Source: Candidatus Algichlamydia australiensis
GTDB lineage: Bacteria > Chlamydiota > Chlamydiia > Chlamydiales > JAJFMI01
Direction: 5' to 3'
DNA: 64,000 nt
Assembly (NCBI GenBank): GCA_033977065.1
Contig: JAXCHI010000003.1
Coordinates: forward strand, 608,001-672,000
Both the position numbers and the translations under genes were made by a program. Within the stretch, counting starts at the first letter, position 1; every line of letters begins with the position of its first letter. The notes under the pieces were generated by a model. That model worked only from the letters and a program-made list of their open reading frames with translations. It searched no databases and had not been told where the DNA came from. This document shows positions 36,502 to 48,383 of the stretch, one piece after another.

Positions 36502-37776
36502 TCAAGAACTAAGAGTTTTGATCAAGTGATCTTGTGCTTTTTCCATTGTCAATCTTGAGTAGATTAAAGCTTCCTCTTCAGCTTGATTCTCCTTAGGAGC
36601 TTGCGCTAAGGCTTGAGCGATCTCTTCATCAGAAATCTTAATTCCTTCATCTTTCACAACTTTGCGGCAGATATAAAAGAGGCGAATAGCGCGTTCAGCT
36701 TCCTCTTTTAGATCATCAACTGCTTTTTTACGCTCCTCTTCACTCATCGCTTGCCACTCTTTCAAAAATTTTGGATCAGAGAGTAGCGAGCGTAGGCGGT
36801 AGTGGGTCTCTTTCTGTGTCAAAGATGATGGGGTTTCGAAAGGAAATGTTTCGACTAGTAGCTTTGAGATCTGCTCGCGATCTTTCTTTGCCGCAAACTC
36901 TTCGCCATGGCGAGTTAAAACTTCTTTTATATGATTGCGGAAGGCTTCGGGATCCTTTGCGCCAACTTTTTTGCAGAATTCATCATTAACCTCAGGGAGA
37001 TGTGCTTCCTCAATCCGTTGGACCGTTAAGCGAACTTTCTTCGGCTTAAAATCCTTCTTTTCTTCTTCGGTAAGGTGGTCGTCAGGTTCACTGATACCCT
37101 CTTTAGATTCACCTGTTTTTAAGCCCATAGCAAGATCTTGAATCCACTTGGCAGTCTTCTTCTCTCGCATTTCAAGACGGATAGAGCTAAAAGCTTTCTC
37201 TGGAGGATCTTTCTCCATGTCTTCAATGTCGGCCAAAATGTAATCGTTTTCTTTTACGGCGCGATCGGTGATCTCTTTCCAGTCTGCGTAAACAAGGAGA
37301 ATTTCGCGCAAACCACTGTCTACTTTTTCTTCTGTGATTTCGGGTTGTTCGGCCTTTTCAAACTTCATGGCCTCTTTTTTAATTTCAGGGACTACAGGTT
37401 CTGTCTCAAAGTTGATGGTGAAGGAGAGCTCTTCAGTTGTGGAAAAATTCTCCATATTAAATTGAATGGGAGTCTCGCGACTTTGAAGAGGAATATTAAT
37501 TTTTTCTTGAGCTTCGTCAAACGCGAGCTTAGCAAGTTTTTTCTTTGCTTCCTCGGTAAGGGCTTTTGCATAATTTTTTCGAATAAGATGAGCGGGAGCT
37601 TTGCCCTTGCGAAAACCGGGGATAGAGACCTCTTTAGCAATCACTTTTACGGCTAGGTCTTCCGCTTTTTCAGCAAGTTTTGCGCTACTTTTAATTTTTA
37701 GTTCGACCAGGCAATCAGGCTTGCGGTCAATTTCAAATTCTAAGTTTTCTGTTTTCTCTTTTGCTTTTGTATTCAT
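36502..37776 (-). CDS. tig: Trigger factor
   Basis: IPGFRKGKAP signature; upstream of clpP-clpX. Confidence 0.93.
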   Translation of the reverse strand: MNTKAKEKTENLEFEIDRKPDCLVELKIKSSAKLAEKAEDLAVKVIAKEVSIPGFRKGKAPAHLIRKNYAKALTEEAKKKLAKLAFDEAQEKINIPLQSRETPIQFNMENFSTTEELSFTINFETEPVVPEIKKEAMKFEKAEQPEITEEKVDSGLREILLVYADWKEITDRAVKENDYILADIEDMEKDPPEKAFSSIRLEMREKKTAKWIQDLAMGLKTGESKEGISEPDDHLTEEEKKDFKPKKVRLTVQRIEEAHLPEVNDEFCKKVGAKDPEAFRNHIKEVLTRHGEEFAAKKDREQISKLLVETFPFETPSSLTQKETHYRLRSLLSDPKFLKEWQAMSEEERKKAVDDLKEEAERAIRLFYICRKVVKDEGIKISDEEIAQALAQAPKENQAEEEALIYSRLTMEKAQDHLIKTLSS

Positions 37777-37798
37777 GGGATAAATTGAATGAAGGATA

Positions 37799-37870
37799 AG
37801 CGGGTGATGAGATTTGAACTCACGACCCTCACGTTGGCAACGTGATGCTCTACCACTGAGCTACACCCGC
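37799..37870 (-). tRNA. tRNA-Gly(GCC)
   Basis: GCGGGTGTAGCTCAGTGGTAGAGCATCACGTTGCCAACGTGAGGGTCGTGAGTTCAAATCTCATCACCCGCT cloverleaf; CCA not encoded. Confidence 0.96.
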
Positions 37871-38012
37871 AGTTGTTCGATAGATTTTATGATAGCGTTA
37901 AGGGGGTGTAAAAGTCAATGCAATTTTCAACCCTTTGCGCCTCTATAAAGTATTTTTTTTGTTTTTTTTCTGGTTTTTCCTTGCAGGTTGCGCTAACATT
38001 CGCTAAAAATAG

Positions 38013-38344
38013 TAACCTGAGTTGTTAACCAATTTCTCCTGCAAAGAGAAAGGGTTTCGATGAGATGTTTCGTTTCAAATTAAAGGAGTGTTAGATAGCG
38101 TCGTCAAAAGCATACAACCATCTTATTTTTCATGTTTGGGCTCCATTTTTGTGCTCAAATGAAGCGGAATTTACAAATTCAGCTTCAATTTCCGCACAAA
38201 AATAAGCTGCAAACATGAAAAATAATCTGATTATAGCCTTTTGACGACGCTATCTAAATGATCATTTCTGAAATTTTGAACGAAATAGATCGCGAAAAAA
38301 CTCCTCCCAGAGTGGGGGGGGAAGGGGTAGCAACTTGAGTGGGT
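38013..38344 (+). other. Long irregular hairpin (structured ncRNA or older palindromic element) interrupted at its apex by a family A MITE
   Basis: Arms 38013-38091 and 38257-38344 pair with many G-U wobbles. Confidence 0.5.
38092..38256 (+). mobile_element. 165-bp MITE family A, copy 1
   Basis: TIRs TAGATAGCGTCGTCAAAAG / CTTTTGACGACGCTATCTA; near-identical copies at 45840 and 59128. Confidence 0.93.
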
Positions 38345-38377
38345 AAGTACTCTAACCAATAGGGACCAAATACGAGA

Positions 38378-41300
38378 ATGCTCAACTTTCGAAAACTAAA
38401 GCAAGATTTCTCTTCATCCACACTGCAAGAAGGGAAGGCAATTTACGATGAAAAAAAAGTGCAGTCTGCAAAGATTTTAGAGCTAGACGGGGCGATTGTT
38501 CGCATCCAAGCGATGATTGCGGGGCAGTTTGAAAAAGATTACTCGAGTGAGATTGAGATCGATCGTTCTGAGTGCGAAACGATCGACTCAAACTGCGACT
38601 GTCCCTATCACTGCGATTGTCAGCATTTAGCAGCTCTTCTCTTTTACTTGGAAGATAATTTGGATGAAATTCTGGTCAATTATTCCAACGAGAACGATAT
38701 GGAAGAGCACGAAGAGCTCTTGGAAGTTGTTAAAGAAGCCCAGGACAAGCAAGAGCAAAAACTTGATGAGGAGTATCGAAAACAGCTAATTGAGGAGTAT
38801 GCGCTCTCTTCAAAAGTTCTTTCCACCTCGCCCTTTTTTGTTCAAGAAGACAAAAAAGCACCAGAGCGTGCGGAGCTTGCTGTTTTTTTCTCCATGGAGA
38901 AAAAGGGGGTCCAGGTGCAGCTTGCCATGCGTCTTCCGTCGCGCTCCAAGCCGCTTCATATTCCAGAAATTTTTGCATTTGCTGATAGTGTTTGCTTTGA
39001 AGAACCAATTGAAATTGGTGGTAAACAGTACTTTTTCACTTATGATACTTTTCCTGAGCCGCAGCAAGAAATTTTGCGCCTTATCTTTGCCCATATGCGT
39101 CCGCTTCCTGGCAAAGAGAGTGAGAAGGCAAAGAAGTGCGGTGTGATTGAAAAAAAGACTTTTGGTGCTATTTTAGCCAAAGCGTATGCAATTGGGAAAG
39201 AGTGGATGCGAGGACACCCAGGCCGGTTCAGTGATGATGAACTCCCACGCCTTCCCTGCTTTTTTGAAGGGGGACTTGAGTCGCCTTTGCACTACTCTCT
39301 TAAACCTGCGCAGTTTGAGGTTGAGCTTGAGTATATCCAACCACCAGCTAAAAAAATTCTACTTAATCCAAGGCTTGACTTGGATGGAAAGCAGACAACT
39401 CTTGAAGAGGTTGAGTTTTTTCGCTCTCCAGAGCCGGGATTGCTGCACGATCACACTTATTGGCACTTCGATAAGACAATTACGCGTCGCCACTTAGAGG
39501 ATCTCTCCTCACTGCGTGAAATCACGATTCCAGAGCCGCTCTTTGGAACATTTGTAGAAAACTCTCTATCTGAACTCTTAAGCGTTGCGAAGGTAGCTGG
39601 GACAAAAATTTTGGAGAATTTCACGACTCTACCCTTTGTCGGAGAGTTGAAAGCGCGTTGTGACATCTCCTATCTAGAGGGGGAGTTTGATGCAACGCTT
39701 ACCTTCCTCTACGATGACCGTGAAGTGCCTGCAGCAAGGGCGATTTTGAATGGGGATCATGTCGAGCATTTTGTTACAGAAGAGGGAATCATTGCGCGTG
39801 ACCTCGTGGCAGAGCACAAGATTATCAAAGCCCTCTTTTCCGAATTTATCTTTTCAGAAGAGCAGGGGATCTTTATTGCCGGATCTGAAAAAGTCATTAT
39901 TGAGTTTATGACCGATATCATTCCGCGCTTCCAAGATCGCATCACTTTTAACTGCCCGCAAAATCTTCTCGATCAATTTATTTATGACGAAAGCCATTTC
40001 ACCTTAAAACTTTCTGAAACAGATCGGATGGATCTCTATGAGATTGATTTGAAAGTAGAGGGAAGCTTGAGGGGAGTTTTCTTAGAAGAGTTATGGGATT
40101 GCATTCTTTGTAAAAGGCCCTTTCTTGAGCTCAAATCTTCGAAAAAGAAGAGCGAGGCGAAGTTGCCAAAAATTTTAGTATTAAATTTGGATGTTGTGAC
40201 CGAATTCACGCAACTCTTTGATGAGCTAGGAATTGAAAAACTTGCGAACAAAAAGATCAAACGCCCTCTTTGGAGCTTGGCCAATATTGATGGGTCTCAA
40301 TTTGAGAGTCTGCCAGTTACCTTTACGATGACAGAGCGACTTCAAGAGATTCGTCAGCAGATGCTAGGAGTAAAACCCTTTGACTTTAGCGGTATACCAA
40401 AAGAGATTAAAGCAGATCTGCGCCCTTATCAGGTTGAGGGTGTGCAGTGGCTGGAGCGGCTGCGTTCGATGTATTTGAATGGAATTTTAGCAGATGATAT
40501 GGGTCTTGGAAAAACGCTGCAAGCCATTACTGCATTGACACAGAGTGGGATTGAACGCACAGCAATGGTTGTTTGCCCCACATCGCTTCTCTACAACTGG
40601 ATGGAAGAGCTGCACAAGTTCAATCCTAAAATTCGCGCGCTTGTCATCGATGGAATCCCGACACAAAGGAAAAAAATCATTGAGGGCCTAACAGATTACG
40701 ATGTGGTGATTACTTCCTACTCGCTTCTCCAAAAAGATATTGATCACTATCAGGAGATCCAATTCTCCTACCTTATTCTCGATGAAGCGCAACACATTAA
40801 AAACCGCGGTACACGGAACGCCAAATCGGTTAAGCAGGTTGGAGCAGACTATCGTCTCATCCTTTCTGGAACGCCAATTGAAAATTCCCTTGACGAGCTT
40901 TGGAGTCTCTTTGACTTCTTGATGCCCGGATTTTTGAGCTCGTATGAGCGCTTCATTGAGAAGTATGTGCGCGTCTCAAGAGAAGAACAAACAAAAAATT
41001 TGGCTTACCTCAAAAAGAAAGTCTCTCCATTTATTTTAAGACGCATGAAGGCAGACGTATTAAAAGATCTTCCTCCTGTTTCAGAAATTGTCTACCACTG
41101 CCAGCTTTCAAACGAGCAGAAAGAGCTCTATCGCTCCTATGCAAAATCGGCACGTGATGAATTGACCAAACTTGTGGAGCGCGATGGCTTTGATAAAGTC
41201 CAAATCCACGTTTTGGCTACCCTCACAAGGCTTAAGCAAATCTGCTGCCACCCCGCTATTTTTGCCAAAGAGCATCCAGAAGCTGGAGACTCTGCCAAGT

Positions 41301-41800
41301 ATGAAATGCTTCTTGAACTTTTAGAGACATTAATTGAAGGGGGTCACAAGACCGTCATCTTCTCGCAATACACCAAGATGCTCAAAATTATGCGCGATGA
41401 CTTTGATCGAAAAGGGATTCGCTACTCCTATCTTGACGGCACAAGTAAAAATCGCTTGGAAATTGTTGATGAGTTCAACAACGATAAAGAGATTCCAATC
41501 TTCCTCGTCTCCCTCAAAGCGGGTGGGACCGGCCTTAACCTTGTTGGCGCCGATACGGTTATCCACTACGATATGTGGTGGAACCCTGCTGTCGAGTCGC
41601 AAGCAACAGACCGCGTGCACCGTATGGGGCAAAAACAAGCAGTCTCTGTCTATAAGCTGATTACACTCTCCTCCATTGAAGAAAAAATTGTAGAGCTACA
41701 AAATCGCAAAAAGGGGATTGTAAAAAAAGTCGTGAGCTGCGATGAAGAGGCCATTGCCAAGTTAACTTGGGAAGATGTCCTTGAATTACTACAGACTTGA
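38378..41800 (+). CDS. SWIM zinc finger SNF2-family helicase
   Basis: [47 protein letters not shown]; lies between tig and mreB as in chlamydiae. Confidence 0.95.
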   Translation: MLNFRKLKQDFSSSTLQEGKAIYDEKKVQSAKILELDGAIVRIQAMIAGQFEKDYSSEIEIDRSECETIDSNCDCPYHCDCQHLAALLFYLEDNLDEILVNYSNENDMEEHEELLEVVKEAQDKQEQKLDEEYRKQLIEEYALSSKVLSTSPFFVQEDKKAPERAELAVFFSMEKKGVQVQLAMRLPSRSKPLHIPEIFAFADSVCFEEPIEIGGKQYFFTYDTFPEPQQEILRLIFAHMRPLPGKESEKAKKCGVIEKKTFGAILAKAYAIGKEWMRGHPGRFSDDELPRLPCFFEGGLESPLHYSLKPAQFEVELEYIQPPAKKILLNPRLDLDGKQTTLEEVEFFRSPEPGLLHDHTYWHFDKTITRRHLEDLSSLREITIPEPLFGTFVENSLSELLSVAKVAGTKILENFTTLPFVGELKARCDISYLEGEFDATLTFLYDDREVPAARAILNGDHVEHFVTEEGIIARDLVAEHKIIKALFSEFIFSEEQGIFIAGSEKVIIEFMTDIIPRFQDRITFNCPQNLLDQFIYDESHFTLKLSETDRMDLYEIDLKVEGSLRGVFLEELWDCILCKRPFLELKSSKKKSEAKLPKILVLNLDVVTEFTQLFDELGIEKLANKKIKRPLWSLANIDGSQFESLPVTFTMTERLQEIRQQMLGVKPFDFSGIPKEIKADLRPYQVEGVQWLERLRSMYLNGILADDMGLGKTLQAITALTQSGIERTAMVVCPTSLLYNWMEELHKFNPKIRALVIDGIPTQRKKIIEGLTDYDVVITSYSLLQKDIDHYQEIQFSYLILDEAQHIKNRGTRNAKSVKQVGADYRLILSGTPIENSLDELWSLFDFLMPGFLSSYERFIEKYVRVSREEQTKNLAYLKKKVSPFILRRMKADVLKDLPPVSEIVYHCQLSNEQKELYRSYAKSARDELTKLVERDGFDKVQIHVLATLTRLKQICCHPAIFAKEHPEAGDSAKYEMLLELLETLIEGGHKTVIFSQYTKMLKIMRDDFDRKGIRYSYLDGTSKNRLEIVDEFNNDKEIPIFLVSLKAGGTGLNLVGADTVIHYDMWWNPAVESQATDRVHRMGQKQAVSVYKLITLSSIEEKIVELQNRKKGIVKKVVSCDEEAIAKLTWEDVLELLQT

Positions 41801-41820
41801 TGCTAACATGGGGATCACCT

Positions 41821-42909
41821 ATGAAAAACAGATCTGAGCTCCTGACGCTCAAAAAAATTGGCCAAATTCTCCTAAGCAAATGGACCGGCTTAACCGGGTA
41901 TTTCTCTAGTGATATTGGAATTGACTTAGGAACGGCAAACACACTCGTTTACGTGCGCGGGAAGGGCATTGTCCTTGCTGAACCCTCCGTTGTTGCCGTT
42001 GATTCGCTTACGAATGAAGTTCACGCTGTTGGTCATAAAGCCAAAGCGATGCTTGGAAAAACCCCTCGCAAAATTCACGCTGTACGCCCGATGAAAGACG
42101 GAGTCATCGCTGACTTCGAGATCGCAGAAGGAATGCTCAAGGCCCTCATAAGGCGCGTTACACCTAACCGATCGTTTTTTAGACCAAAAATTTTAATTGC
42201 CGTCCCTTCTGGAATTACAGGAGTGGAAAAGCGCGCTGTTGAAGATTCTGCTTTGCGCGCGGGTGCTCAAGAAGTGATTCTCATTGAAGAGCCGATGGCG
42301 GCAGCTATTGGAGTCGATCTTCCCGTACATGAACCATCCGGTAATATGATCGTGGACATTGGTGGGGGAACAACGGAGATTGCGATTATTTCTTTGGGCG
42401 GGATTGTAGAATCTCGTTCACTTCGCATTGGTGGAGATGAGTTCGATGAGTGCATCATCAACTACATGCGTCGCACCTACAATCTCATGATTGGTCCAAG
42501 AACAGCTGAAGAGATTAAGATGACCATTGGATCAGCTTACCCACTTGGCGACAATGAGCTAGAAATGGAAGTGCGTGGTCGCGACCAAGTTGCTGGCCTC
42601 CCGATCACAAAACGGATCAACTCCGTTGAAATTCGCGAATGCTTAGCTGAGCCTATCCAACAAATCATCGAGACCATCAAACTCACACTTGAAAAGTGTC
42701 CACCTGAACTTGCAGCTGACCTTGTCGAATGCGGCATGGTACTTGCTGGTGGTGGCGCGCTGATCAAAGGAATTGACAAAGCGCTCATCAAAGAGTGCGG
42801 TCTTCCCGTTATTGTTGCCTCAAGTCCACTGCTTGCTGTTTGCATGGGAACAGGAAAAGCGCTAGAATATCTGGATAAGCTAAAGAAAAGTAAATCCGCA
42901 GTGGCATGA
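41821..42909 (+). CDS. mreB: Rod shape-determining actin homolog MreB
   Basis: [34 protein letters not shown]. Confidence 0.97.
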   Translation: MKNRSELLTLKKIGQILLSKWTGLTGYFSSDIGIDLGTANTLVYVRGKGIVLAEPSVVAVDSLTNEVHAVGHKAKAMLGKTPRKIHAVRPMKDGVIADFEIAEGMLKALIRRVTPNRSFFRPKILIAVPSGITGVEKRAVEDSALRAGAQEVILIEEPMAAAIGVDLPVHEPSGNMIVDIGGGTTEIAIISLGGIVESRSLRIGGDEFDECIINYMRRTYNLMIGPRTAEEIKMTIGSAYPLGDNELEMEVRGRDQVAGLPITKRINSVEIRECLAEPIQQIIETIKLTLEKCPPELAADLVECGMVLAGGGALIKGIDKALIKECGLPVIVASSPLLAVCMGTGKALEYLDKLKKSKSAVA

Positions 42910-44684
42910 AAATTGAATTTTCGGGCTGGACCAACCATTCTGAGTTGATCTCTTGGATCAACGAAGTGGTTGCACTCACCCAGCCAGATGCTGTCCACCT
43001 CTGTGACGGCTCAAAAGAAGAGAATGACGCGCTCTGTCAAGAACTTGTTGAAAAAGGCGTCTTTGTTCCCCTAAAAAAACGACCAGGAAGTTACTGGTGC
43101 CACTCCGATCCAAAAGATGTCGCACGTGTAGAAGAGCGTACCTTCATCTGTTCGCAAACTCCCGAAAAAGCCGGCCCCACCAACAACTGGACCGATCCGG
43201 CTAAGATGAAAGAGAAACTCAAAACTCTCTTTGCTGGTTGCATGAAGGGACGCACCTGCTACGTTGTCCCTTTTTCTATGGGCCCAATCGAATCGCCCCT
43301 CTCGATTATAGGTATAGAAATTACGGACTCACCCTATGTTGTCGTCAATATGCGCATTATGGCACGCATGGGAAAAAAAGTTTTGGAACATCTCGGGGAT
43401 AGAGGAACCTTTATTCCCTGCCTTCACTCTGTTGGAGCACCGCTTAAAGAGGGCCAAAAAGATGTGGCTTGGCCCTGCCAGCCCGATCAAAAATACATTG
43501 TACACTTTCCTGAAGAGAGAGAAATATGGTCCTTTGGTAGCGGTTACGGAGGCAACGCACTCCTTGGAAAAAAATGTTTGGCTCTGCGCATCGCCTCCAG
43601 CATCGCACACGATGAAGGATGGCTAGCTGAGCATATGCTCATTGTGGGCATCACAAATCCTGAAGGCGAAAAACGCTACTTTGCCGCAGCCTTTCCTAGC
43701 GCCTGCGGCAAAACCAACCTTGCGATGTTGCAGCCCACGCTTCCCGGTTGGAAACTTGAATGCGTTGGCGATGATATCGCCTGGATGCGCATCGGACGCG
43801 ATGGCCAGCTTTACGCGATCAACCCCGAAGCAGGATTTTTTGGTGTCGCTCCTGGCACCTCCAATCGGTCAAATCCCAATGCAATGGCAACAATTGAAAA
43901 AAATAGCATTTTTACCAACACTGCCCTCACAGATGATGGCGACGTCTGGTGGGAGGGAATGACTGAAACACCGCCCGCCAAACTCACCGATTGGCAAGGC
44001 AATCCTTGGACGCCCGATTGCGGCCGCAAAGCCTCCCATCCCAATGCGCGCTTCACCACCCCCGCTATCCAATGCCCCGTCATTGACGAAGGCTTTGAAA
44101 AAATTGAAGGCGTACCCATCTCCGGAATTATTTTTGGTGGGCGCCGCCCCACTACCATCCCTCTTGTGATGGAAGCAAAAAATTGGGAACAGGGCGTACT
44201 TTTTGGAGCGGGCCTAAGTTCAGAACGCACCGCCGCCGCTGCAGGAAAAGTAGGTGAGCTACGTCATGATCCCTTTGCCATGCTGCCATTTTGCGGCTAC
44301 CACATGGCCGACTACTTTGCGCATTGGGTTAAAATGGGAAAGAAGGGGAGTCAACTTCCCAAAATCTACCTGGTTAACTGGTTTCGCAAAGATAACGAAG
44401 GCAATTTTCTCTGGCCCGGCTTTGGAGAAAACGTTCGCGTACTCAAATGGATCTTTGAGCGCTGTGCCAATACAGCTACCGCTCAAGAAACAGCTGTGGG
44501 GCTTACGCCAGAAACACTTGATATTACTGGCTTGCAACTCTCTCAAGAACAACTACAAGAACTTTTGAAAGTTGATCCCGCTTTGTGGAAAGAAGAAGTG
44601 ACAAAACAAAAAGAGTACTTTACACTTTTTGAAGAGAAATTTCCCACAGAACTACAAACAGAATTAGAAAAATGCGGCTCTTAA
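42906..44684 (+). CDS. pckA: Phosphoenolpyruvate carboxykinase (GTP)
   Basis: [41 protein letters not shown]. Confidence 0.96.
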   Translation: MKIEFSGWTNHSELISWINEVVALTQPDAVHLCDGSKEENDALCQELVEKGVFVPLKKRPGSYWCHSDPKDVARVEERTFICSQTPEKAGPTNNWTDPAKMKEKLKTLFAGCMKGRTCYVVPFSMGPIESPLSIIGIEITDSPYVVVNMRIMARMGKKVLEHLGDRGTFIPCLHSVGAPLKEGQKDVAWPCQPDQKYIVHFPEEREIWSFGSGYGGNALLGKKCLALRIASSIAHDEGWLAEHMLIVGITNPEGEKRYFAAAFPSACGKTNLAMLQPTLPGWKLECVGDDIAWMRIGRDGQLYAINPEAGFFGVAPGTSNRSNPNAMATIEKNSIFTNTALTDDGDVWWEGMTETPPAKLTDWQGNPWTPDCGRKASHPNARFTTPAIQCPVIDEGFEKIEGVPISGIIFGGRRPTTIPLVMEAKNWEQGVLFGAGLSSERTAAAAGKVGELRHDPFAMLPFCGYHMADYFAHWVKMGKKGSQLPKIYLVNWFRKDNEGNFLWPGFGENVRVLKWIFERCANTATAQETAVGLTPETLDITGLQLSQEQLQELLKVDPALWKEEVTKQKEYFTLFEEKFPTELQTELEKCGS

Positions 44685-45112
44685 TCCAGCGAGTCAGCCA
44701 AGCCTCAGTAACTGTTAAGAAAAAAACCGTTGGAAAAATTGGCAAAGGCTATCTGCTGCTTGTTGGTTTTCACCACGCAGATACAGAAAAATCGCTCGAC
44801 TATTTTGTACAAAAAACGTTAAATCTGCGCCTATTCACAGATGAAAACGACAAAATGAACCTCTCTCTCCAAGACATTGGAGGAGATCTGCTTGTCGTCT
44901 CGCAATTTACCCTCTACGCTGATGCGAGCAAAGGCCGCCGTCCCTCTTTTACAGAAGCAGCACCACCCGCGCAAGCGCTCACTCTCTACAACAAATTTGT
45001 AGAATCATTAGAAAATTCTTTTGGGAAAAAAGTACAAACAGGAGAATTTGGGGCCGACATGTCAGTTGACTTAACTAACGACGGCCCGGTAACTATTTTA
45101 CTTGAAAGCTAA
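44672..45112 (+). CDS. dtd: D-aminoacyl-tRNA deacylase
   Basis: [26 protein letters not shown]. Confidence 0.95.
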   Translation: MRLLIQRVSQASVTVKKKTVGKIGKGYLLLVGFHHADTEKSLDYFVQKTLNLRLFTDENDKMNLSLQDIGGDLLVVSQFTLYADASKGRRPSFTEAAPPAQALTLYNKFVESLENSFGKKVQTGEFGADMSVDLTNDGPVTILLES

Positions 45113-45527
45113 AAAGTTCCTTTTCAGAGAAGAAGAAAGGAATTTCTTGTGCAGCCGTTTCTGGGCTATCGGAGCCGTGAACTGCATTGGCATCAATGCT
45201 CTCTGCAAAGTCCGCGCGAATGGTTCCAGGTGCAGCTTTTTTCGGATCCGTCTCACCCATAATCTCGCGATTCAAAGCGATTGCATTTTCTCCCTCAAGA
45301 ACAGAGATGACAACAGGTCCAGAAGTCATAAATTCGACAAGCTCGCCGAAGAAAGGGCGCTCCTTGTGAACAGCGTAAAAATTTTGCGCTTGCTCCTCAC
45401 TTAGGTGAAGCATTTTGATTGCCGCAATGCGAAGACCTTTCTTTTCAAAACGGGCAATGATCTGTCCAATAACGTTTTTATTTACAGCATCAGGTTTAAT
45501 AATCGATAAAGTTTGTTGTTTACTCAT
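45093..45527 (-). CDS. ndk: Nucleoside diphosphate kinase
   Basis: [23 protein letters not shown]. Confidence 0.97.
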   Translation of the reverse strand: MSKQQTLSIIKPDAVNKNVIGQIIARFEKKGLRIAAIKMLHLSEEQAQNFYAVHKERPFFGELVEFMTSGPVVISVLEGENAIALNREIMGETDPKKAAPGTIRADFAESIDANAVHGSDSPETAAQEIPFFFSEKELFSFQVK

Positions 45528-45594
45528 ATAGACTCCTTAAGTTATGTTTATCTTACCTTATTCATAGATAAAATGCAACCAAAGAAAATTTTAA

Positions 45595-46813
45595 TTGACT
45601 ACCATTTGCAGTCGTGAGAACTCTACACTTTACCCCTGTTTTATTCGAAATGGTCTCTTTAGAGATCCAAAAAAAGAGTATGGGCTTAATTTTGGAGATG
45701 TAGAAAAAGTAGAAAAAATTTGCACGCTTGGGCTCTTTGAGAAAGTCTTATATGGGGAGAAAACAGTTAAAAGTTTGCAAAGGAGAGTTTATTTCGACAA
45801 GAATCTTAGATTTGTTAATTTTAAAAACTTAGATATTTCTAGATAGTGTCGTCAAAAGGCTATAATCAGATTATTTTTCATGTTTGCAGCTTATTTTTGT
45901 GCGGAAATTGAAGCTGAATTTGTAAATTCCGCTTCATTTGAGCACAAAAATGGAGCCCAAACATGAAAAATAAGATGGTTGTATGCTTTTGACGACGCTA
46001 TCTAATTGTTGCACACATCATTACGAACCTGATCGTGAGATAGCTGAAACTTATCTCGAATTAGAAAAAGTTTTTGGAAAGTGGACCCTACCACTTGCGC
46101 GTTTACTGATTCAAGATACAGAAGTTCTCTCTAAGTGGGCGCCAATCCCAACCAAAATTCCCCTTGATAATAGAGAGATTGAATTTACCTGGTGCAAGGA
46201 AGAATTAGAAACTAGAGTAAAGAATGCATATAAAAACGAGGAAAGAGAGTTTTTTGTACAGATCATAAACTTCTGGAGTGAATTGGAGGGTCGAGAGTGG
46301 AATGAAGGGTTCTACTTTCACTGGATCTATATCGTCTATCGCATACGCACCATTTTGGAAAACAGTAAGGAAAATTGTGGTGAGGATTTTTGGATCTGCA
46401 TCCGTCACTTTGTCGACGGGGCGCAACTTTATGGTTGGTGGGATAAATTGCTTAATCTTGCAGAAGGAAGTGAGAAAGAAAAAGAGATTCAAAGAATTCC
46501 TTTTCAGGTGCGACAAATTTCAAAATTAAGACACGAAGACAAGCAAGCATTGCTGAGTCTTATGACGGAGGTTTTTTCTAATTCGGAATTGATAAGTGGG
46601 GTAGGAGATTGGGAATATTATAATGATTTTGAGGCATCTTCACTCCCGAATACTACAAACAAAAAGAAAGAGGGTAGAGCAAAAGTTCACCTTATAGCTG
46701 GTATTGCACTCATTACTTTTGGTATCATCGGGGGTCTATACTATTATGGAAAACTTGATCGACTTCTCCAATATACGAAAGATTTTAGTCGCAAAACTGC
46801 GCCACCACGGTGA
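45595..46813 (+). pseudogene. Hypothetical protein with C-terminal TM helix, split by family A MITE
   Basis: Removing 163 bp (element minus one TA) fuses ORFs 45595..45846 and 45983..46813 in frame (...NLDIS|NCCTHH...) to give 351 aa. Confidence 0.78.
45840..46004 (-). mobile_element. 165-bp MITE family A, copy 2 (inverted)
   Basis: Reverse complement of 38092-38256, TA at both ends. Confidence 0.93.
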
Positions 46814-47831
46814 TGTTCTCTTAACTTCACCACTCTTTTCGCAACTTAAAAAAGTTTGTCCCCACGCGACTATTGATGCTTACCTCTACAAAGAGACACA
46901 TCCCATGTTAGCAGGCCACCCCGCTATCAACGATTTTCTTCTCTATGACAAATCCTGGAAAAAACTTTCCCTTCCTATGCGCCTACTTCAAGAGACGAAA
47001 CTGCTGCAGCGCATTCGCAAAGGAAACTATGACCTTGTTATCAACCTCACGGAAGGGGATCGCGGCGCTTTAGCTGCCAAAGTCTCCAAAGCGCGTTATA
47101 CAGTTGGCTTTGATGCAGAAGGTAGCGGCATGAAGGGAAAAAATAAATGCTACACCCATGTGGTACGCATCTGCCACAAACCGCGTCACACCGTTGAGCG
47201 TCACCTCGATGTGCTGCGCTGCCTTGGCATCTCTATTCCTGAGAACGAGCGAGATATCTTTTTTCATATTCCACAAGAGTGCAAAACAAAAATTGCCACC
47301 CTTGTTCCGAACGATTACACTCTCATTCACCCTGTTTCGCGCTGGCTCTTTAAAGCCCTGCCAACAAAAACAATCGCAAACCTGATCAAAGAGCTGCATG
47401 CCCAAGGTAAAAACATTGTTCTCTCCAGCAGCCCCGACCCGCAAGAACTTGCCATGTGCGAAGAAATCCTTGTACAAACAAAAGAAATTCCCATCTGCAA
47501 CTTAGCTGGTAAAACTTCCCTAAAAGAGCTGGGTGCGCTTATTGAACAAGCAGAACTTCTCATCACCGTCGACTCACTCCCACTCCATCTCTCTAGTGCC
47601 CTAAAAACCCCTGTTGTCGCAATCTTTGGCCCCACCTCAGATGAGACCTGGGCGCCTTGGTGCAATCCCAACAGCAGGATCGTGACAAAATCGATGCCTT
47701 GTCGTCCTTGCTACATGCCAGGTTGCGGAGGTAGTGGCCGTAGCGACTGCCTTGAAACTCTCGAACTTTCTAAAATTTTAAACGCTGTTAAACAGTTAAC
47801 ATCTACTTTTAGCAGATCTTCTTGCAGTTAA
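46746..47831 (+). CDS. GT9 LPS heptosyltransferase (WaaQ/RfaQ-like)
   Basis: KLRHHGDVLL, HPVSRWLFK, LAGKTSLKEL, VDSLPLHL, AIFGPT. Confidence 0.88.
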   Translation: MENLIDFSNIRKILVAKLRHHGDVLLTSPLFSQLKKVCPHATIDAYLYKETHPMLAGHPAINDFLLYDKSWKKLSLPMRLLQETKLLQRIRKGNYDLVINLTEGDRGALAAKVSKARYTVGFDAEGSGMKGKNKCYTHVVRICHKPRHTVERHLDVLRCLGISIPENERDIFFHIPQECKTKIATLVPNDYTLIHPVSRWLFKALPTKTIANLIKELHAQGKNIVLSSSPDPQELAMCEEILVQTKEIPICNLAGKTSLKELGALIEQAELLITVDSLPLHLSSALKTPVVAIFGPTSDETWAPWCNPNSRIVTKSMPCRPCYMPGCGGSGRSDCLETLELSKILNAVKQLTSTFSRSSCS

Positions 47832-47854
47832 AAAAAGGATATTTTGGATGATTC

Positions 47855-48286
47855 TTACTCATTGATTTCTTCAATAATTTCTTCGATTAATTTAGATAAA
47901 GAGTCGTATGAAAAAACAACCCCATCTGGAGAAATGTAAACATGTTCATATGCTTTGATGGATCCATCTTCATATAAAATATAGCTTAATCCTGAAGAGT
48001 CCATTATTTTGATCCCTTTTTCGGCTCTTTTTTTATCTAACAGCCCAATCTCTTTGCTTTCTGTTTTACAGTTGCACAGACCTCCTGCTTTTCCTGTAGT
48101 CACAATCTCGTGCCCTCCAATGACTAGATTACCTATCTCTTCGATAAATGATCTGGTTTCTTTATCGAATTTAAAATCCAATTCTTTCTCTAAGTCGAGA
48201 AGGGCCTCTCTTCCATACTCTCCCCAGTACAAAATCTCTATCCCTTTATTGCTCATTTCTTTTTTAAAATTTTCTCTGTTCCACAT
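47855..48286 (-). CDS. SUKH (SMI1/KNR4)-like immunity protein
   Basis: LLDLEKELDFKFDKETRSFIEEIGNLVIG and YDSLSKLIEE resemble SUKH motifs; AT-rich; ATG after AAGGA. Confidence 0.55.
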   Translation of the reverse strand: MWNRENFKKEMSNKGIEILYWGEYGREALLDLEKELDFKFDKETRSFIEEIGNLVIGGHEIVTTGKAGGLCNCKTESKEIGLLDKKRAEKGIKIMDSSGLSYILYEDGSIKAYEHVYISPDGVVFSYDSLSKLIEEIIEEINE

Positions 48287-48383
48287 TTTCCTTCTCACTT
48301 TTACTTGATTTCCCTGTTACTTTTCATGACCTCGAGACAGCATAACATGTGGTATGTAAATTCAAAATATCAAATCTTAAAAA

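Noticed and set aside
2..41800. Two SNF2 helicases as a defence system
   Set aside because: Chlamydiae normally encode two SNF2 proteins; no methylase or nuclease partners are adjacent
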